This document shows positions 10,240 to 23,097 of a stretch of DNA of 64,000 bases, piece by piece (position 1 is the stretch's first letter; every line of letters starts with the position of its first letter). Below the pieces are notes generated by a model that saw nothing but the letters and a program-made list of their open reading frames with translations, searched no databases and had not been told where the DNA came from. The stretch is from Cirrosporium novae-zelandiae (lineage: Eukaryota), in contig JAPETS010000002.1 in NCBI GenBank assembly GCA_026023565.1, positions 930,001 to 994,000 on the forward strand. The letters are read 5' to 3'. The position numbers were made by a program, and so were the translations under genes.

Positions 10240-13200
10240 ATGGAGGGACAAGGTCTTCCTCAAGCTATCATCCGTCCCCGTGGATACCAGCTTGAAATGC
10301 TGGATGAAAGCATCCGACAAAACGTCATAGTAGCAATGGATACAGGCAGTGGGAAAACACAGATAGCTGTCCTTCGTATAAAAGCTGAGCTGGAACGGTG
10401 TCCCCCAAGCCAAATAGTCTGGTTTCTTGCCCCAACAGTTGTGTTAGCTACTCAACAATATGAAGTTTTCTGCTCCCAACTTCCCTCATACCAGAGCCGA
10501 GTTCTGACCGGAACGGATGGCGTTGATCGATGGGGTGAACAGCGAATCTGGGATGCCATTTTGGAGAATGTTAGAATTGTTGTGTCAACCCACCAGGTAC
10601 GGCCGTTCCCCATCTCCAAAAGGATCCAAGGATAGGTTGATTGTTTGTTCTAGGTGCTCTTAGATGCTCTCACACATGGATTTATACGAATAGAGAGGAT
10701 ATGTTTATTGGTATTTGACGAAGGTAGATGTCTTATACATCCCAAGGTTTAGATACCTGTTCTAGCTAACTAATATTAGCTCACTGCTGTACCCATAAGC
10801 ATCCTGCAAGTCTAATAATGAAACACTTTTATCATCCCAGGGTCTCCCGTGGAGAGAAAGTACCTTATATATTAGGATTGACAGCTAGTCCTGTCATTAA
10901 CGCAAAAGCGGGCGAATTGCAGTGGGTCTATGCCTGGTTGCGTGTCGTATTTCGACTGAATATTTTTCAGGAAACTAGAAGAAAGCCTTGATGCAACTGC
11001 TAAAACACCTAGACAGAATCGGCAGGAATTGCTAAAATATGTGTACCCTCCCGTGCTATCCAAAGTATCGTTTCGAACAGATACCGCAGATCATTCTTTC
11101 GTTCTCGGGCAGCTCATCCAAGTCTTTCAGAACCTGGAAATATCTGAAGACCCCTATGTGAAATTGTTGCTCAAGGGCCGTGATGAAAAAAGCGTAAAAC
11201 TACTTTCAAAGGCTCTTAATACTAGGAAAACATTCTGTCAAGATTCATTCAAACGCCTCTGCCAAAGAAGTATACATATTCACGAAGAACTTGGACGATG
11301 GACCTCGGATTGTTTTATTAAGTCGTGTATCGAGCAATTCCAGAAATGCAATGGAGGAGCATCCGACCCATTAATTGACTGGGATCATAGAGAGAAATCC
11401 TATCTACTCAGAAAGCTCAACTCGATTCCTATATCGTCGGTGAATGAAAAATTTGACGAAACAGACATAAGTCTGATAGCCCCGAAAGCCGAGAGTCTAA
11501 TTGATCTTCTCGTCAGAGAACACAAATCCTCCTTTACAGGAATCATTTTCGTGAAACAGAGAGCCACAGTAGCGATGCTAGCAAAGCTTCTCTCCGTACA
11601 TCCCCAGACTAAGGACAGATTTTCCATCAGAACCTTTATAGGAAATCAGAGCAGGAAACCTGACATCTTTGAACTCTTGGCTATCAAAGATCAGAACGAC
11701 GCGCTCGACGATTTGCGCACAGGTAAAGCAAACCTTGTCATTTCTACGAGTGTCCTCGAGGAAGGGATTGATATCTCTGCCTGCAATATTGTGATCTGTT
11801 TCGAATTACCACCGCACTTGAAGTCATTCATTCAACGCCGTGGGAGGGCAAGAAAAGAAGAATCCAAATATATACTGATGCTTCCAGAAGACGACATGTT
11901 TGTGCGCGTGGAGAAATGGGAGGAGTTAGAAGAGCAAATGAAAGTCATCTATATGAATGAAAGGCGTAAATTCGAGAAATTAAGGGAGCTCGAAGCAATG
12001 GACGAGGATTGTAAACAAGTTCTTAGTATCGAAAAAACAGGCGCAATTCTAACATTCGATAACGTCATCTCTCACTTGAACCATTTTTGTGCCACTTTAC
12101 CTGGTGATGCATATATGGATCGTCGTCCAGAATATGAATTCCGCGGATTTGAGTCGGGAAAGTTCATCTCAGCAAAGGTGACTCTTCCAAGCGCAGTTGA
12201 CTCCGCTCTTCGAGAGCATTGTGGTACTTCCAAGTGGCGCACCGAAAAAACAGCTGCGCGGGACGCTGCATTCCAAGCATATCTGGCTCTTTATAAAGCT
12301 GGACTTGTTAATGATAATATGTTACCTCTATCTGAACCTGCATTGAAATTTTCGGAATCTCAAGTTGAAAAGCGAGCAGCAATTGTGGAAGTAAATTGCC
12401 CTTTGAACCCATGGGTGGAATTGATCCAGCAATGGAACAGCCATGAAACATTTTGCGCAATTACAATAGATACTGGTGGATTTCTTCCCAAGATGGTCAT
12501 GCTTCTCCCTGGTCGGGTTCCTATCCTGCCACCCTTGACTGTACATTGGGATACGACGAAGAAGTTCAACGTTTCGTTTCTTGAGGTCGGCGATTGTCAG
12601 CAATACTCATCTCACTTTGAAGTGGCAACCTTAATTACGCAAACTCTACTTCTGTCGTTCTTTAGAGCTAAACTATTAGATTCGAAGCTTGATTTTCTGG
12701 CTCTTTTTATCCCCGCGACTGATATCGAGTACCTCGAAAGTTGGCATCGTTCCGTAGAGGGGAAAATCTCAGGGCGGGAAGCCCTGGCGATGAGTCATGG
12801 CGTTGGATCTTTCCCCTACGGTCTTCTACGAGATTTGACGAGCGGGTTAACGTCTCCTGGATATATCCACAAGAATGTTGCCTTAAAGCTGCCTAAATCT
12901 AGTCGGAATCCAAAAAAGCTGTCAGAAGAATCAGGGGAAATATCTCCCGTAGATCCCCAGGAGGAACTCTGCTTCGAGGCTTTGAGATATCCTAAACGAA
13001 TGGATTTCTTGCATGAGATCCCATCGTCCAATATTGACTCGAAAAACCCTAACGTCGATTTAGCTGTAGCGAACTGTGTCTTTGAGAAGCTACCCTTGCC
13101 CTATGTACAATTCACTACTTTGATACCTTCTATTATCCACCACATTGAAACCCATCTAATCGCTTGGATTTTGACAGAGTCTCTATTAGCACCGGTGGGC

Positions 13201-14589
13201 ATCTCAAACTTAAACCTTGTGAAGATAGCAATCTCCCCGTCCGCTGTTAGAGAGCCTCTGGGCAACTATCAGCGTCTTGAATTCTTCGGCGATTCAATGC
13301 TCAAATATTTTACCACGGTCACCATATTAGCCCAACATCTAACGTGGCACGAGGGGTATCTATCTGCATGCAAAGATCGCATCGTTGGCAATGCACCGTT
13401 GTGCAATGCTGCTCTGCAAATTAATCTTCCTAGGTTTATCTTGGCCAAACCATTTACTGGAAGCAAATGGCAGCCTCCCTATAAGTCAGATCTATTGAAC
13501 CCGGCTCAGGCTACGCGAGAGATGTCAACGAAGACACTTGCAGACGTCATGGAATCTCTGATAGGGGCATCCTTTCTTGACGGAATGGAGGAAAAATGTC
13601 TTCGATGCTTGCGCGTTTTGATACCAAGGGTCCCGTGGCTAGCAACAAAAGATAGTGTCAGCAAGCTCAATGATTGTGTGCCTATCAACATGGGCTTTAG
13701 CCAATTTCTAGGTCCACTAGAGAGGCTTATAGGTTACCAATTCAAGAAAAAGACTCTCCTTGTTGAAGCCCTGACGCATCCAAGCCATTCGGGATCCTTT
13801 ACAACTGCCAACTACCAAAGATATGAGTTCCTAGGAGATGCAGTTCTGGACTGCATAGTCGTCAACAAAATATTTCGTCACGAAAAAATGTTTCCCCATC
13901 CAGAAATGCACACGCTTCGCGAGGTAGTTGTCAATGCAGATTTCCTCGCCTTTCTCTGTCTAGAATTATCTGTTATGGAGAAACGGACCGAACTAGACAA
14001 AACAAAGATAACCCCAACCCTCATAGATTCGGCACAAAGTTTTCATATCTGGGAATTTATGAGACACACAAATCCCGAGCTCCCCCTTGTCCAAAAGGAG
14101 GTCATGAATCGCCACAAAGAGCTCAGAGAGAGTATCCTTGAGGCGCTTGAAAAAGGCGACAAATATCCCTGGGCATTACTCTTGAGGGCTAAATACAACA
14201 AATTCTTTTCCGATCTTATTGAAAGTATCACGGGTGCAGTTTTCATTGATTCTGGGGGCTCTACCGAAGCCTGTGAAGGCTTCTTAGAAAAATTGGGGGT
14301 ATTAAAATATTTACATCGGGCAATGGAAGGAGGAGTCCGGATAAAGCATCCAAAAGAGCAACTTGGCATTCTAGCAAACGACCAGAGAGTTAGATACAAG
14401 CATGGAAAAGAGCAGAGGAAGGATCGAGGAGAAAGGTTATGGTGCAAAGTTTATGTTGGGGATAGAGAACTGGTCAGCGTTGGGGATGGTGTATCGCCAG
14501 AGGAGGTTATGACGAGAGCAGCAGACGAGGCCATAGATATCCTGATGACTGAACGAGGAACCAGTAAAGAGGATGAAATGATGGAATGA
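10240..14589 (+). CDS. dcl2: Dicer-like protein 2
   Basis: [19 protein letters not shown] helicase start, spliced FDE-AH motif, HELICc ([13 protein letters not shown]), Dicer dimerisation region, two RNase III signatures ([18 protein letters not shown]) and a C-terminal dsRBD (HPKEQL). Three short introns between ~10597 and 10970. Confidence 0.93.
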
Positions 14590-15855
14590 CTTGAGACGAA
14601 TGATGATTTTCATTTGTTTTACCATACGGTACAGGTACTTGGTCTTTTACTGAGTGACAAGCTCAGTTTTCTTTAGGATTAGATATGAATTTTCACAAGG
14701 GTTTATTCGACTATTAATTATTATGAATTGCCCTGATTAGTACGTTATGCATCAGCCTTGGCGCCAAGGATTCAAGTACTCAAGTAAAGTAAGCGAGATG
14801 CCTGTCCACCGACGCCACCGACACCACTCTACAGACAGTCAGACAGTCCTGTCCTAACCATCATTCATGATATGATGTTTACTAAACTAAAACAATCAAT
14901 TAAACAATAATGGCAATCTATCTACTCGGACAATAAGTAGATCTTTGAAAAAAAAGAGACACTTGGACCATCAGTTCTATTTCAATTGTGGGGGGCGAGG
15001 GGAAAAAGGTTGCAAATCGACGATGATTATTTCTATTCAACTGATATTATATCTAACTATAGTTAGTCCCTCATCGGAGGTCTTAACCAGTCGAATGAAT
15101 GTGGAAATTGGAAAATAAGTACTCGAGTACCTAGGTAATTGTTACCCTACTTTCAGCCCCTGGTCAACGACATACTACTCGAGCATTCTATTCTGCATCT
15201 ATATTATTGGGAGCCAATCGTGTTATAGAAACACAACTAGGCTTCCCGAAGATCTTGCCTTCGTTATCACTGCCGTGCTATGTACAGATACCCCTCACCC
15301 AACCATGACCTTGGAACATCCCAATGCATCCCAATCTCAAGGTATTCACCCTAACCTAAATGCTACTTTAGAAAGGATCAGCCTATGCCAAGCCGGGGAA
15401 TCCACTCGAGCTGAGTCCTTTGAGAAGTGGATAGCTAACGTCTTGAGGCGTCAAGGCCACAAACCTGCATTCTGATAATCTTTTTTTAAGCAGGCAAGCA
15501 AGGAATGTCGGATAGACCGAGCTGACTGCCTTAAAAAATAGAAATAAATAACCACTTAAAAGACAAGTCTTGCCTTGGCTTGCTTTGCTGTTTGTTATCG
15601 TCGACCATTTCTTATTCTTAAATTATTGTCTCTTTTTTTTTTTACTGTGACTAGCAAACAGTCTAGCATACCAGTATTGACAGCCACCAGCTAGACTGGA
15701 AGTGGCTCTGCTTTGATGTTTTATATGATATATTTTCTCCAACATATTCATTCTTCCAACCAATCTTTATCCCGTTTATGAAATTGAACCTCGCAGCAAC
15801 TTACTCTGTATCCGCACGTGGCTGCATATAGATTCCAAAAAGGCAAAAAACAAAA

Positions 15856-16885
15856 ATGCCATCTTCGATACCAACATCCATATCACGAACCATGCTCACA
15901 ATTACTCTCCTCTTATGTAGCTTTTTTTTTTCTGCCGGTCCAGTAACCGCGCGATGCTACTTACCCAACCACGAAATCAACCCTAGGGATGTACCTTGTA
16001 GCGACGACGAACACACATCCTGCTGCCCCGAACACGCCATTTGTCTCTCCAATGGGCTCTGCCTCTTCCAACGCGGGACCAGCTATATTACACGGCGGAG
16101 CTGTACAGATCAAGCCTGGGGCGACAACTGCACCTCGATATGCATCGATAGTAAGTCCAATTTGATTAACTCCTATCCCTCGGCGTCAGCACCAGCACTA
16201 GCCAAACCCTTCCAAACCCACCACCCCAACTCACTTAAAACCAACCAACGACCAACATGAACCCCCCCAAACCCCCATTAACCCTTCAACAGAAGAATAC
16301 GACGACCGCAACATCCCAGTGGTGCTGTACGACCTAAACGCAGATAACATATCCCAATCGACCTTCTGCTGCGGGGTTCCCGTTGCGTCCGACGACGGAA
16401 ACAGCACCCAATGCCCCTGGGATAAAAAACCGTTCACGCTCGATGCCGGCCAAGCCATTCTGGGACATGCGGGGCTAGCAGACGTAGTCCTGGCGAGCGA
16501 CTCGGACAACAATAGCACTACTGGCTCCTCTAATTCCTCCGACTCCGGTCGGGAAGCGGCGGTTGGCGCGGGTGTGGGTATTCCGCTTGGGCTGATTGCG
16601 CTGGCCTCAATCGCCTGGGCGGTATGGGAACGGAGGGCCCGCATACGTCTCGCCACAGCGCTGCCAGGGGCACTAGCCCTAGAAAATAGAGTCGAGAAGG
16701 GCGATGATGATGATAACCACCACAAGTCCTTGATACGAGATCAATATGGGAACAGTAGGGTTAGCGGTAGACATGGTAGTAACGAACGCGAGGAGTATAG
16801 TATTAGCATACCGGAACTGGAAACGACGACAACGACGACGAACGTGGTGCCGTTGGAGATTGATTCTAGATCTAATGGTTTGTGA
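15856..16885 (+). CDS. Single-pass membrane protein with signal peptide and Cys-rich ectodomain (Mid2-like TM segment)
   Basis: Hydrophobic signal, CYLPN..PC..CC...ICLSNGLC...RRSCTDQAW..C..IC, intron from ~16151 (GTAAGT), then FCC..C, a Ser/Asn-rich linker and TM AVGAGVGIPLGLIALASIAWAVW followed by ERR. Confidence 0.8.
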
Positions 16886-17065
16886 ATAAGTGTTTATTTG
16901 TTATGGCTTCATTGCGGTTTATGATATTCTTAACGCGCATACGCATACGCTAGGTACAGTACATATATCAGCTCCAAAGTTCATGGGATAGATATTATAT
17001 GATACCCTTTCACCTCACCTCGTCTCGGACATATCTATAAGAACCCGACCTAGACCACAGGATAG

Positions 17066-17182
17066 CAGCGTTGTCGATAGACCAGACCGACCAAACCGAC
17101 CCCCTTGGTCTGGTCGGTCTGTCAAAATCCGAGGCCCGGTCTATATAGACCGTCTATTTGGTCCAGTTTATCGACAACACTG
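17066..17182. mobile_element. 117-bp non-autonomous hAT-type MITE
   Basis: TIRs CAGCGTTGTCGATAGACCAGACC and (reverse complement) CAGTGTTGTCGATAAACTGGACC, 19/23 identical. Exact 8-bp target-site duplication CAGGATAG at 17058-17065 and 17183-17190. Confidence 0.85.
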
Positions 17183-19473
17183 CAGGATAGGCAGTCACGG
17201 TAAAAAACAACAGTTAGAATCAAATGATAGATCAGATACCAACATAATAATACCCATCTTCACGTGCGAGACACAACCCATCAATCAACCAATATAAATA
17301 ATCCAGCAGATATTCTCAAGACATTGCCCCAGGTTGCCATCTTTAGTGTATGCGTATGCGTGTAGTACTATTACTATATGCACACACACAAACATGTAAT
17401 ATAACCAATTCTCGAACAATTATATCCACCTACTCGAGTGGATTGCTAACTAACTGAGGAAGAAGAGGAAGAAGAGGAGGAGGAAGAGGAAGAGGAGGAG
17501 AGGAGTTTTAATCACAAGGAAAATCAACCCAATAGCAGAACTTCATTCGTTTATTTGTTCATTCTTTTGCACAAGCGTGTTTATTTGGGCGTTTGTCTAG
17601 TGTTTAGTGCTTAGGTGTTTGGCGCACGTCGGAATACAAGTAGCTAACCTATCCAGACTAATTATTATATTTCTTAAAAAGAGACCCCACTATTCGAAAC
17701 CATCACATTTCTCTCTCTTTAATTCACAATTCACAATTCACCCATTATTCATTGAGACAACAACAGCAACGACAACAACAACCACACGATTTATTAAATC
17801 AACCCCTTTCTATTATTATACATATACATATACATTTCCAAATTTCCTCGCCTACTACAACCCCCCCCCCCTCCCAAAAAGGAAGAAGCAAGAAGCAAGA
17901 AGCCCTTGCTCTCTTCTTTAGTCGAGGTCAAGATCAAGCTTGAGATCGAACCCGAGGTCGAGGTTGAGGAGGGGCTGCTTTCTCTCTTTCTCTCTCTCTC
18001 ACTCTCTCCTCAAAGCAAGGCCGTGTACATTGCGGCGAAGGGTTTCGTCTTATTGTACCTGTACATGTACATGAAGTGTGAAGTCTGAGAGTTTGCTTTG
18101 AGAGGAGTGCCCCTCGCCCCCATCCCATCCCATCCGGGGTACCTAGATCTAGATAAGGGTGTAATATTATATTATATAATTCAGCTCCGCTAGTTTTTTA
18201 CCACGGGAGAGAAAAAGTATGGATTTATGCTAATTAACACGAACCCACAACCACATTACTGTTATACACGATCCATGCTCTAGGTCTATAGACAGGAACC
18301 AGGAATTTCGTAACAGGGATTAAAATGTTGCATTGTCTTTAGCATGGCACGGTGCTGACCCCTGAGGGAGTGTTGATTTGGTTGACCTGGTTGATCTGGT
18401 GGACAAGACACCTTCAGTAGTGAGTCATTTTTCTCGAAGTTTACGTTTACGGTTACAATATCTCGAGCTTTGGATATCTGTCTTTCCTTCTTTTTTTTTT
18501 CTGCCGTGCAGTTGCCGGCTAGGGTTGTGGTTGCGGTTGTAATGGATATATCACCCCCCCACCACCCCCTGGCCTCCCCCGCGACCTCACCGTATGAGAT
18601 ATGCAGATAATTATAGGTTTTTTTTCTTTTTGAGATTCCCTTGCTCATGTTCGCTAAGTATAATATAATATAGTTATTCGAAAATTCTATACTCCCTATA
18701 CAGCCCATTAGATGCTTATCTATAGAGATATGTAGGGAGTAAAGTGAAGTGAAGTGAAAGTGGTGATTAATTATTGTGCGCACCATGATGGTGGGAAATA
18801 GGGAAGAGAAGAGAAGAGAAGAGGTAAAGTAGGTAAGGTAAATAAGTAAGTCCATAGATCAATATACTAACTTACTGTTGTTACCTTCTGCCATCTGCCA
18901 TCTACCATCTTCCATCTATTTATATTTTATTTCATTTGTATTATACCGTTTCATTTCGTTTCATTTCGTTTCATTTCGTTCCATCTTGTTCGACTCGGCT
19001 TGGAGGGTATTGGGTATTGGGTATTCGGTTATTTACTTACTATCCAAGATGAATATATATATATATTAAGGTCAGGGGAAACCTAAAATAAAATAAAATA
19101 AGGTAAGTTATAAGCTCTCTCTCTCTCTCTCTCTTTCTGGGGCACTTGTATAAAGAGAGAGAGAGAGAGGGAAAAAGAGACCAAGAGAGGAGGAGGATTT
19201 GTCTGAAGTATTTTCTGTGGGTAGAGATTAGAGATTTGGAATAGGGATAGGGATAGGGATGGGGATGGGGATGGGGTTTTATTGGAATGTGATTTGATAT
19301 GATTTGATATAGTGAAGGTGCGGGTGTGGGTATGGGTATAGGTATAGGTATGGGTATGGGTATGGGTGAGGAGCCCATCCATCCATCGGTTTGCGGGGTT
19401 ATATTTGGGATACGGTAAATGTTTCGTTATGTTTCGTGTGGGTATGGATATATCTTGCTATGCCATACTGTAG

Positions 19474-19506
19474 AATAATAATAATAACAATAATAACAAT
19501 AATAAC

Positions 19507-19595
<89 letters not shown>
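19474..19595. repeat. (AAT)n microsatellite, ~40 units with three AAC interruptions
   Basis: Directly visible. Confidence 0.98.
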
Positions 19596-19597
<2 letters not shown>

Positions 19598-20403
19598 CCA
19601 TCCATATCATCATCGTCTACATATATCACTTCTAGCTTCTTAGGCTATGAATAATAAAACGTAATAAAAAGTAAATGCAGTGGAATAATAATAATATTGT
19701 ATCTCTATCTCGTACTAGAGAATTATATCTTTTCGCAATTATCTGGCGTTATGAGAGTAAGGGAGTTAAGGGGGGGGGGGTTAGGATATTAGGTATTCCA
19801 AATTCAAAGTTCAAATTCAAGTTTAATGGGATTATAGGATCGTGGGAGTAAGAGAGGAAGAGGAGGCAAGGAAGGCAAGGGATTATGGGAGTAAAGGGAC
19901 GGAAAGAGTGAGTGAGTGAGTGAGAGTGAGAGAGGCATGGATACTGAATACTAGATGTTGGATATTTGTAAGATAAAATACCGAGTAGAGTTTTTCGAGG
20001 AAGTGTTTGAAGTGCAGGCGAAGTGATTGATGTATAATGTAGTTCTATAGACCAGACCAGACCAGACCAGACCCGAGAGAACAGACCCGAGAGAAGAAGG
20101 AAGAAGGGTGGGGTCTAATCGGTCTAATCGGCTGTTGGGGCGAAACCGTTGGGCGTTTGTTGAGTATAGTGGTGGGCATAGAAGCATTGAGTGTACTCGA
20201 GTAGAGTGTACTGTAGAGAATATAGAGTGTGGAAGTGTAGAAGACTTTGGCGGATTGGTGGATTAGATTGCTGGGGGGGGAGGGGGGGTTCAAATAGGGT
20301 TGGGTTGTTTGGTTTTGGTTTTGGTTTTGGTTTTGAGGGTTGGAGTATGGAGGAGATGTTAGGTATAGGCATGGTTATCACGTGGTATGCAAGGTACGTG
20401 GGG

Positions 20404-20473
20404 GTATGTATGTATGTATGTATGTATGTATGTATGTATGTATGTATGTATGTATGTATGTATGTATGTATGT
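20404..20473. repeat. (GTAT)17 microsatellite
   Basis: Directly visible. Confidence 0.97.
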
Positions 20474-22219
20474 GGGGATATGGGGTAGGGTATATAGATA
20501 TAGCTTTTCGCCTTCCCTTGTCCTACCCTCTCCCCGCCCCTTTATTACCAGTTAAACCTGTTGAGGTATAATCATATACCATATATCATGTACTGTTACA
20601 TCTTGAGTTTGAGGTCTCGTACGTAATGAAACCTGAACTGGTTACGGTACTCGAGTAGTTAGGTAACGAGGAAAAAAAAAAGGAAAAAAAAAAGAAAACA
20701 CAATCTGTCCTTTTTTTGCTTTTTGGGGAGTGACTAATTTAAGGGGGGGGGGGGAGCTCTAGCATGCAAGAACCCAGGGGTCCCAAGTAAAGTAAAGTAA
20801 AGGAGTCGGAGTGGCCATTAAAATAAATTTTTTTATTAATTCAACCAACGACGGGAAAACTTATCCGTTATTGGATATTTTTGTGACTGGTGAGTTATCT
20901 ATATGTCGTGTTATATATATATATATAATTGGTCTAATCTTTGCTTTGTTTTTCGCCACCTCCAATATTTGGTGGCGAAATATTGAGAGAGAAGGGGGGA
21001 GATGGGGATGTGTTTGAAGTAGCACACCAATGTAACGGGAGGAGAGGCAAAGGCGATGATGATGAGTCAGAAAAGTACAAGTGTGGTCCAGTCAGTCCTA
21101 TTAGGCTATCTTGTCTGGCTTTGATAATAAAAGATTTCTTTTTTTTCAATCAAATCATAACATACATACAACGCTTGCTGTAAAAAAAAGAAAAGAATTT
21201 CTGTCACAAGGTTCGTCAAACCGACTACCTCCATACATTACATGCTTATGAGAATCATACAAGGGTTTCATTCAAAGACTTTCGTTCAGCAGATGACTTA
21301 AATCAGAAAGGGTGGGTAGGCTTGGGTAATTAATAGCAAATCAAGTTAAGACATGCGATACAAACAAGCAACAAGCAACAAGCAACCACACAACCACACA
21401 ACCACAAAGCTCATCAACAAGTCTGAGCACCACCACCACCAGATTGCTGATCCAGATTGCTGCCTGGCTATAAGGAACTATAGGGCGGCCGGCTAGCCTT
21501 GGGGGCTCCTCAACGCGACTAAGGGACGAGGCATTTTCCATCCAACCAAAGTGCCGTGGACGTGGGAATGGGCGTAGGGCGTGAGTATGACTGTACCACC
21601 AGGCGAACAGGCAAACAGAAGAGCCCGATGAGAGCCACAGTCATCGTAACGTATATCAATCAAGTCCATCAGCCCCCGCGGTTGACTGACTTGACTGTGG
21701 ACCCCCCAACCGTAGACAGCATTTTTTGTTTTCTTTATTACTTTTCCAAAATTTCAATCAATCGTGGAATCATAACAGATTGGGAAATCATCCATCGAGG
21801 ATGTATCTGCAAGATGTTTGTTGCATAAGATGGATTTGGGGTGTTCGTGCTGGAAGACTGAACTGAGCCATCGTCGGGGATTGATAACAAGAAAAAAGTT
21901 CGAATAATGGTGATGGCGGTGGTGGAGGGATCAGATCATCCGGTGCTCTCTGCTCCCAAACCCGTCCATGACGCGTGATCAACACGCTCACAATCTTGGC
22001 TGAAGAAGCTTTGACCTTCCCCTGACCAAAAAACAAAGAGCATAACAAGTCCGCCCTCATCTCTTATCATTTCAACTTCAGTATCCAAATATCATTTGGT
22101 CCAATATGCGATTCCTTATTCTTGGGAATCAGGATAATGGCACGATGGTGGGATGGTGGAGAAATCAATGTGAAAGTGCTAATAGTCGTGGGCTCCTCAC
22201 CATCCACCAGCTATACACA

Positions 22220-23097
22220 TCATCTCCTACGTCTCCGTTCTCTCGCCGAGTTCGCAATCACCGTATATGGTTGCGCCACCCTTTCTCTCCTAGCTAGACC
22301 CCCGCCTGGCATCCTTTGAATATTAACTGTAGCTTGGTCTGGTCTACTCATAAATAGGGCCTTGAATGTCGCATCCCCGATTAATTTCTCCTGCCATAAC
22401 CATGTGAAAAGGCCAAAGTCAGGCCTCGCTGTTGCCATCGACACGCCTTCTATCTCATAATGTCGTTTTATGTGATCGAGTTTGGCCTCCCATGCAGCCC
22501 AGCCGTTTCTTGAGTTAAAGGACTCAGTATCACAAAAGGGACAACCGGTGGGACTTGGTGGCATGTGCGTGCGGAAATGCGACAGGATATGCGTTTTCCA
22601 ATCTGACGCGTCGTCAAAGGTGCGGGAACAGTTCAAGAATGGAAAAAGACATTCAAGAGAGTGGCTACGTGAGGGACCAGATGATCGTCGAAGGGTAACA
22701 CCGTCATCTTCAATAGAGAAGACTGAATAACCGTCGAGATAATCTGCATTAGAGGTTCTAGCGGAACTGGAGTAATCGGATGGCGACTCGCTATTCGTAT
22801 GGATAAGAGATGGAAGACCAGAGTTCATGGAGGTATCAACAGTGGTTCTGCTCCGGTTGGTGACAGCAAGAGAGATGGAGATAGGATATCGAACCATGTT
22901 GCTAGGTTTGTGATCGGAAGGTACATCTGGTATGGTTTGAGGGAGAAAAAATGGGTCTTGGGAATGTTGAATATAGTCTTGGAGAGGAGGGGGAATATTT
23001 TGAGAGGAGGGGTTATTGTGGTTCACTAAAAAAAGTGGTTGAAATTTTTCAGCAAGGGAAATTATTCTAAGTGGATGTTTTTTATCGGATACTTACT
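22220..23097 (-). CDS. Fungal C2H2-like zinc-finger protein
   Basis: LECLFPFLNCSRTF....WKTHILSHF and CPFC...F......W..KLDHIKRH motifs; basic C-terminus RERRRRR*. Probable introns at 23096-23026 and ~22894-22848. Confidence 0.75.

Noticed and set aside
11400..14625. Antisense ORFs within dcl2, and similar shadow ORFs in BLM10, SNU66, RFC5, SEC3 and YeeE
   Set aside because: Opposite-strand or alternate-frame shadows of real genes with no recognisable motifs.
19040..20571. ORFs with poly-Ile, (MYVC)n, (PI)n or (HT)n
   Set aside because: Translations of microsatellites with no coding signal.
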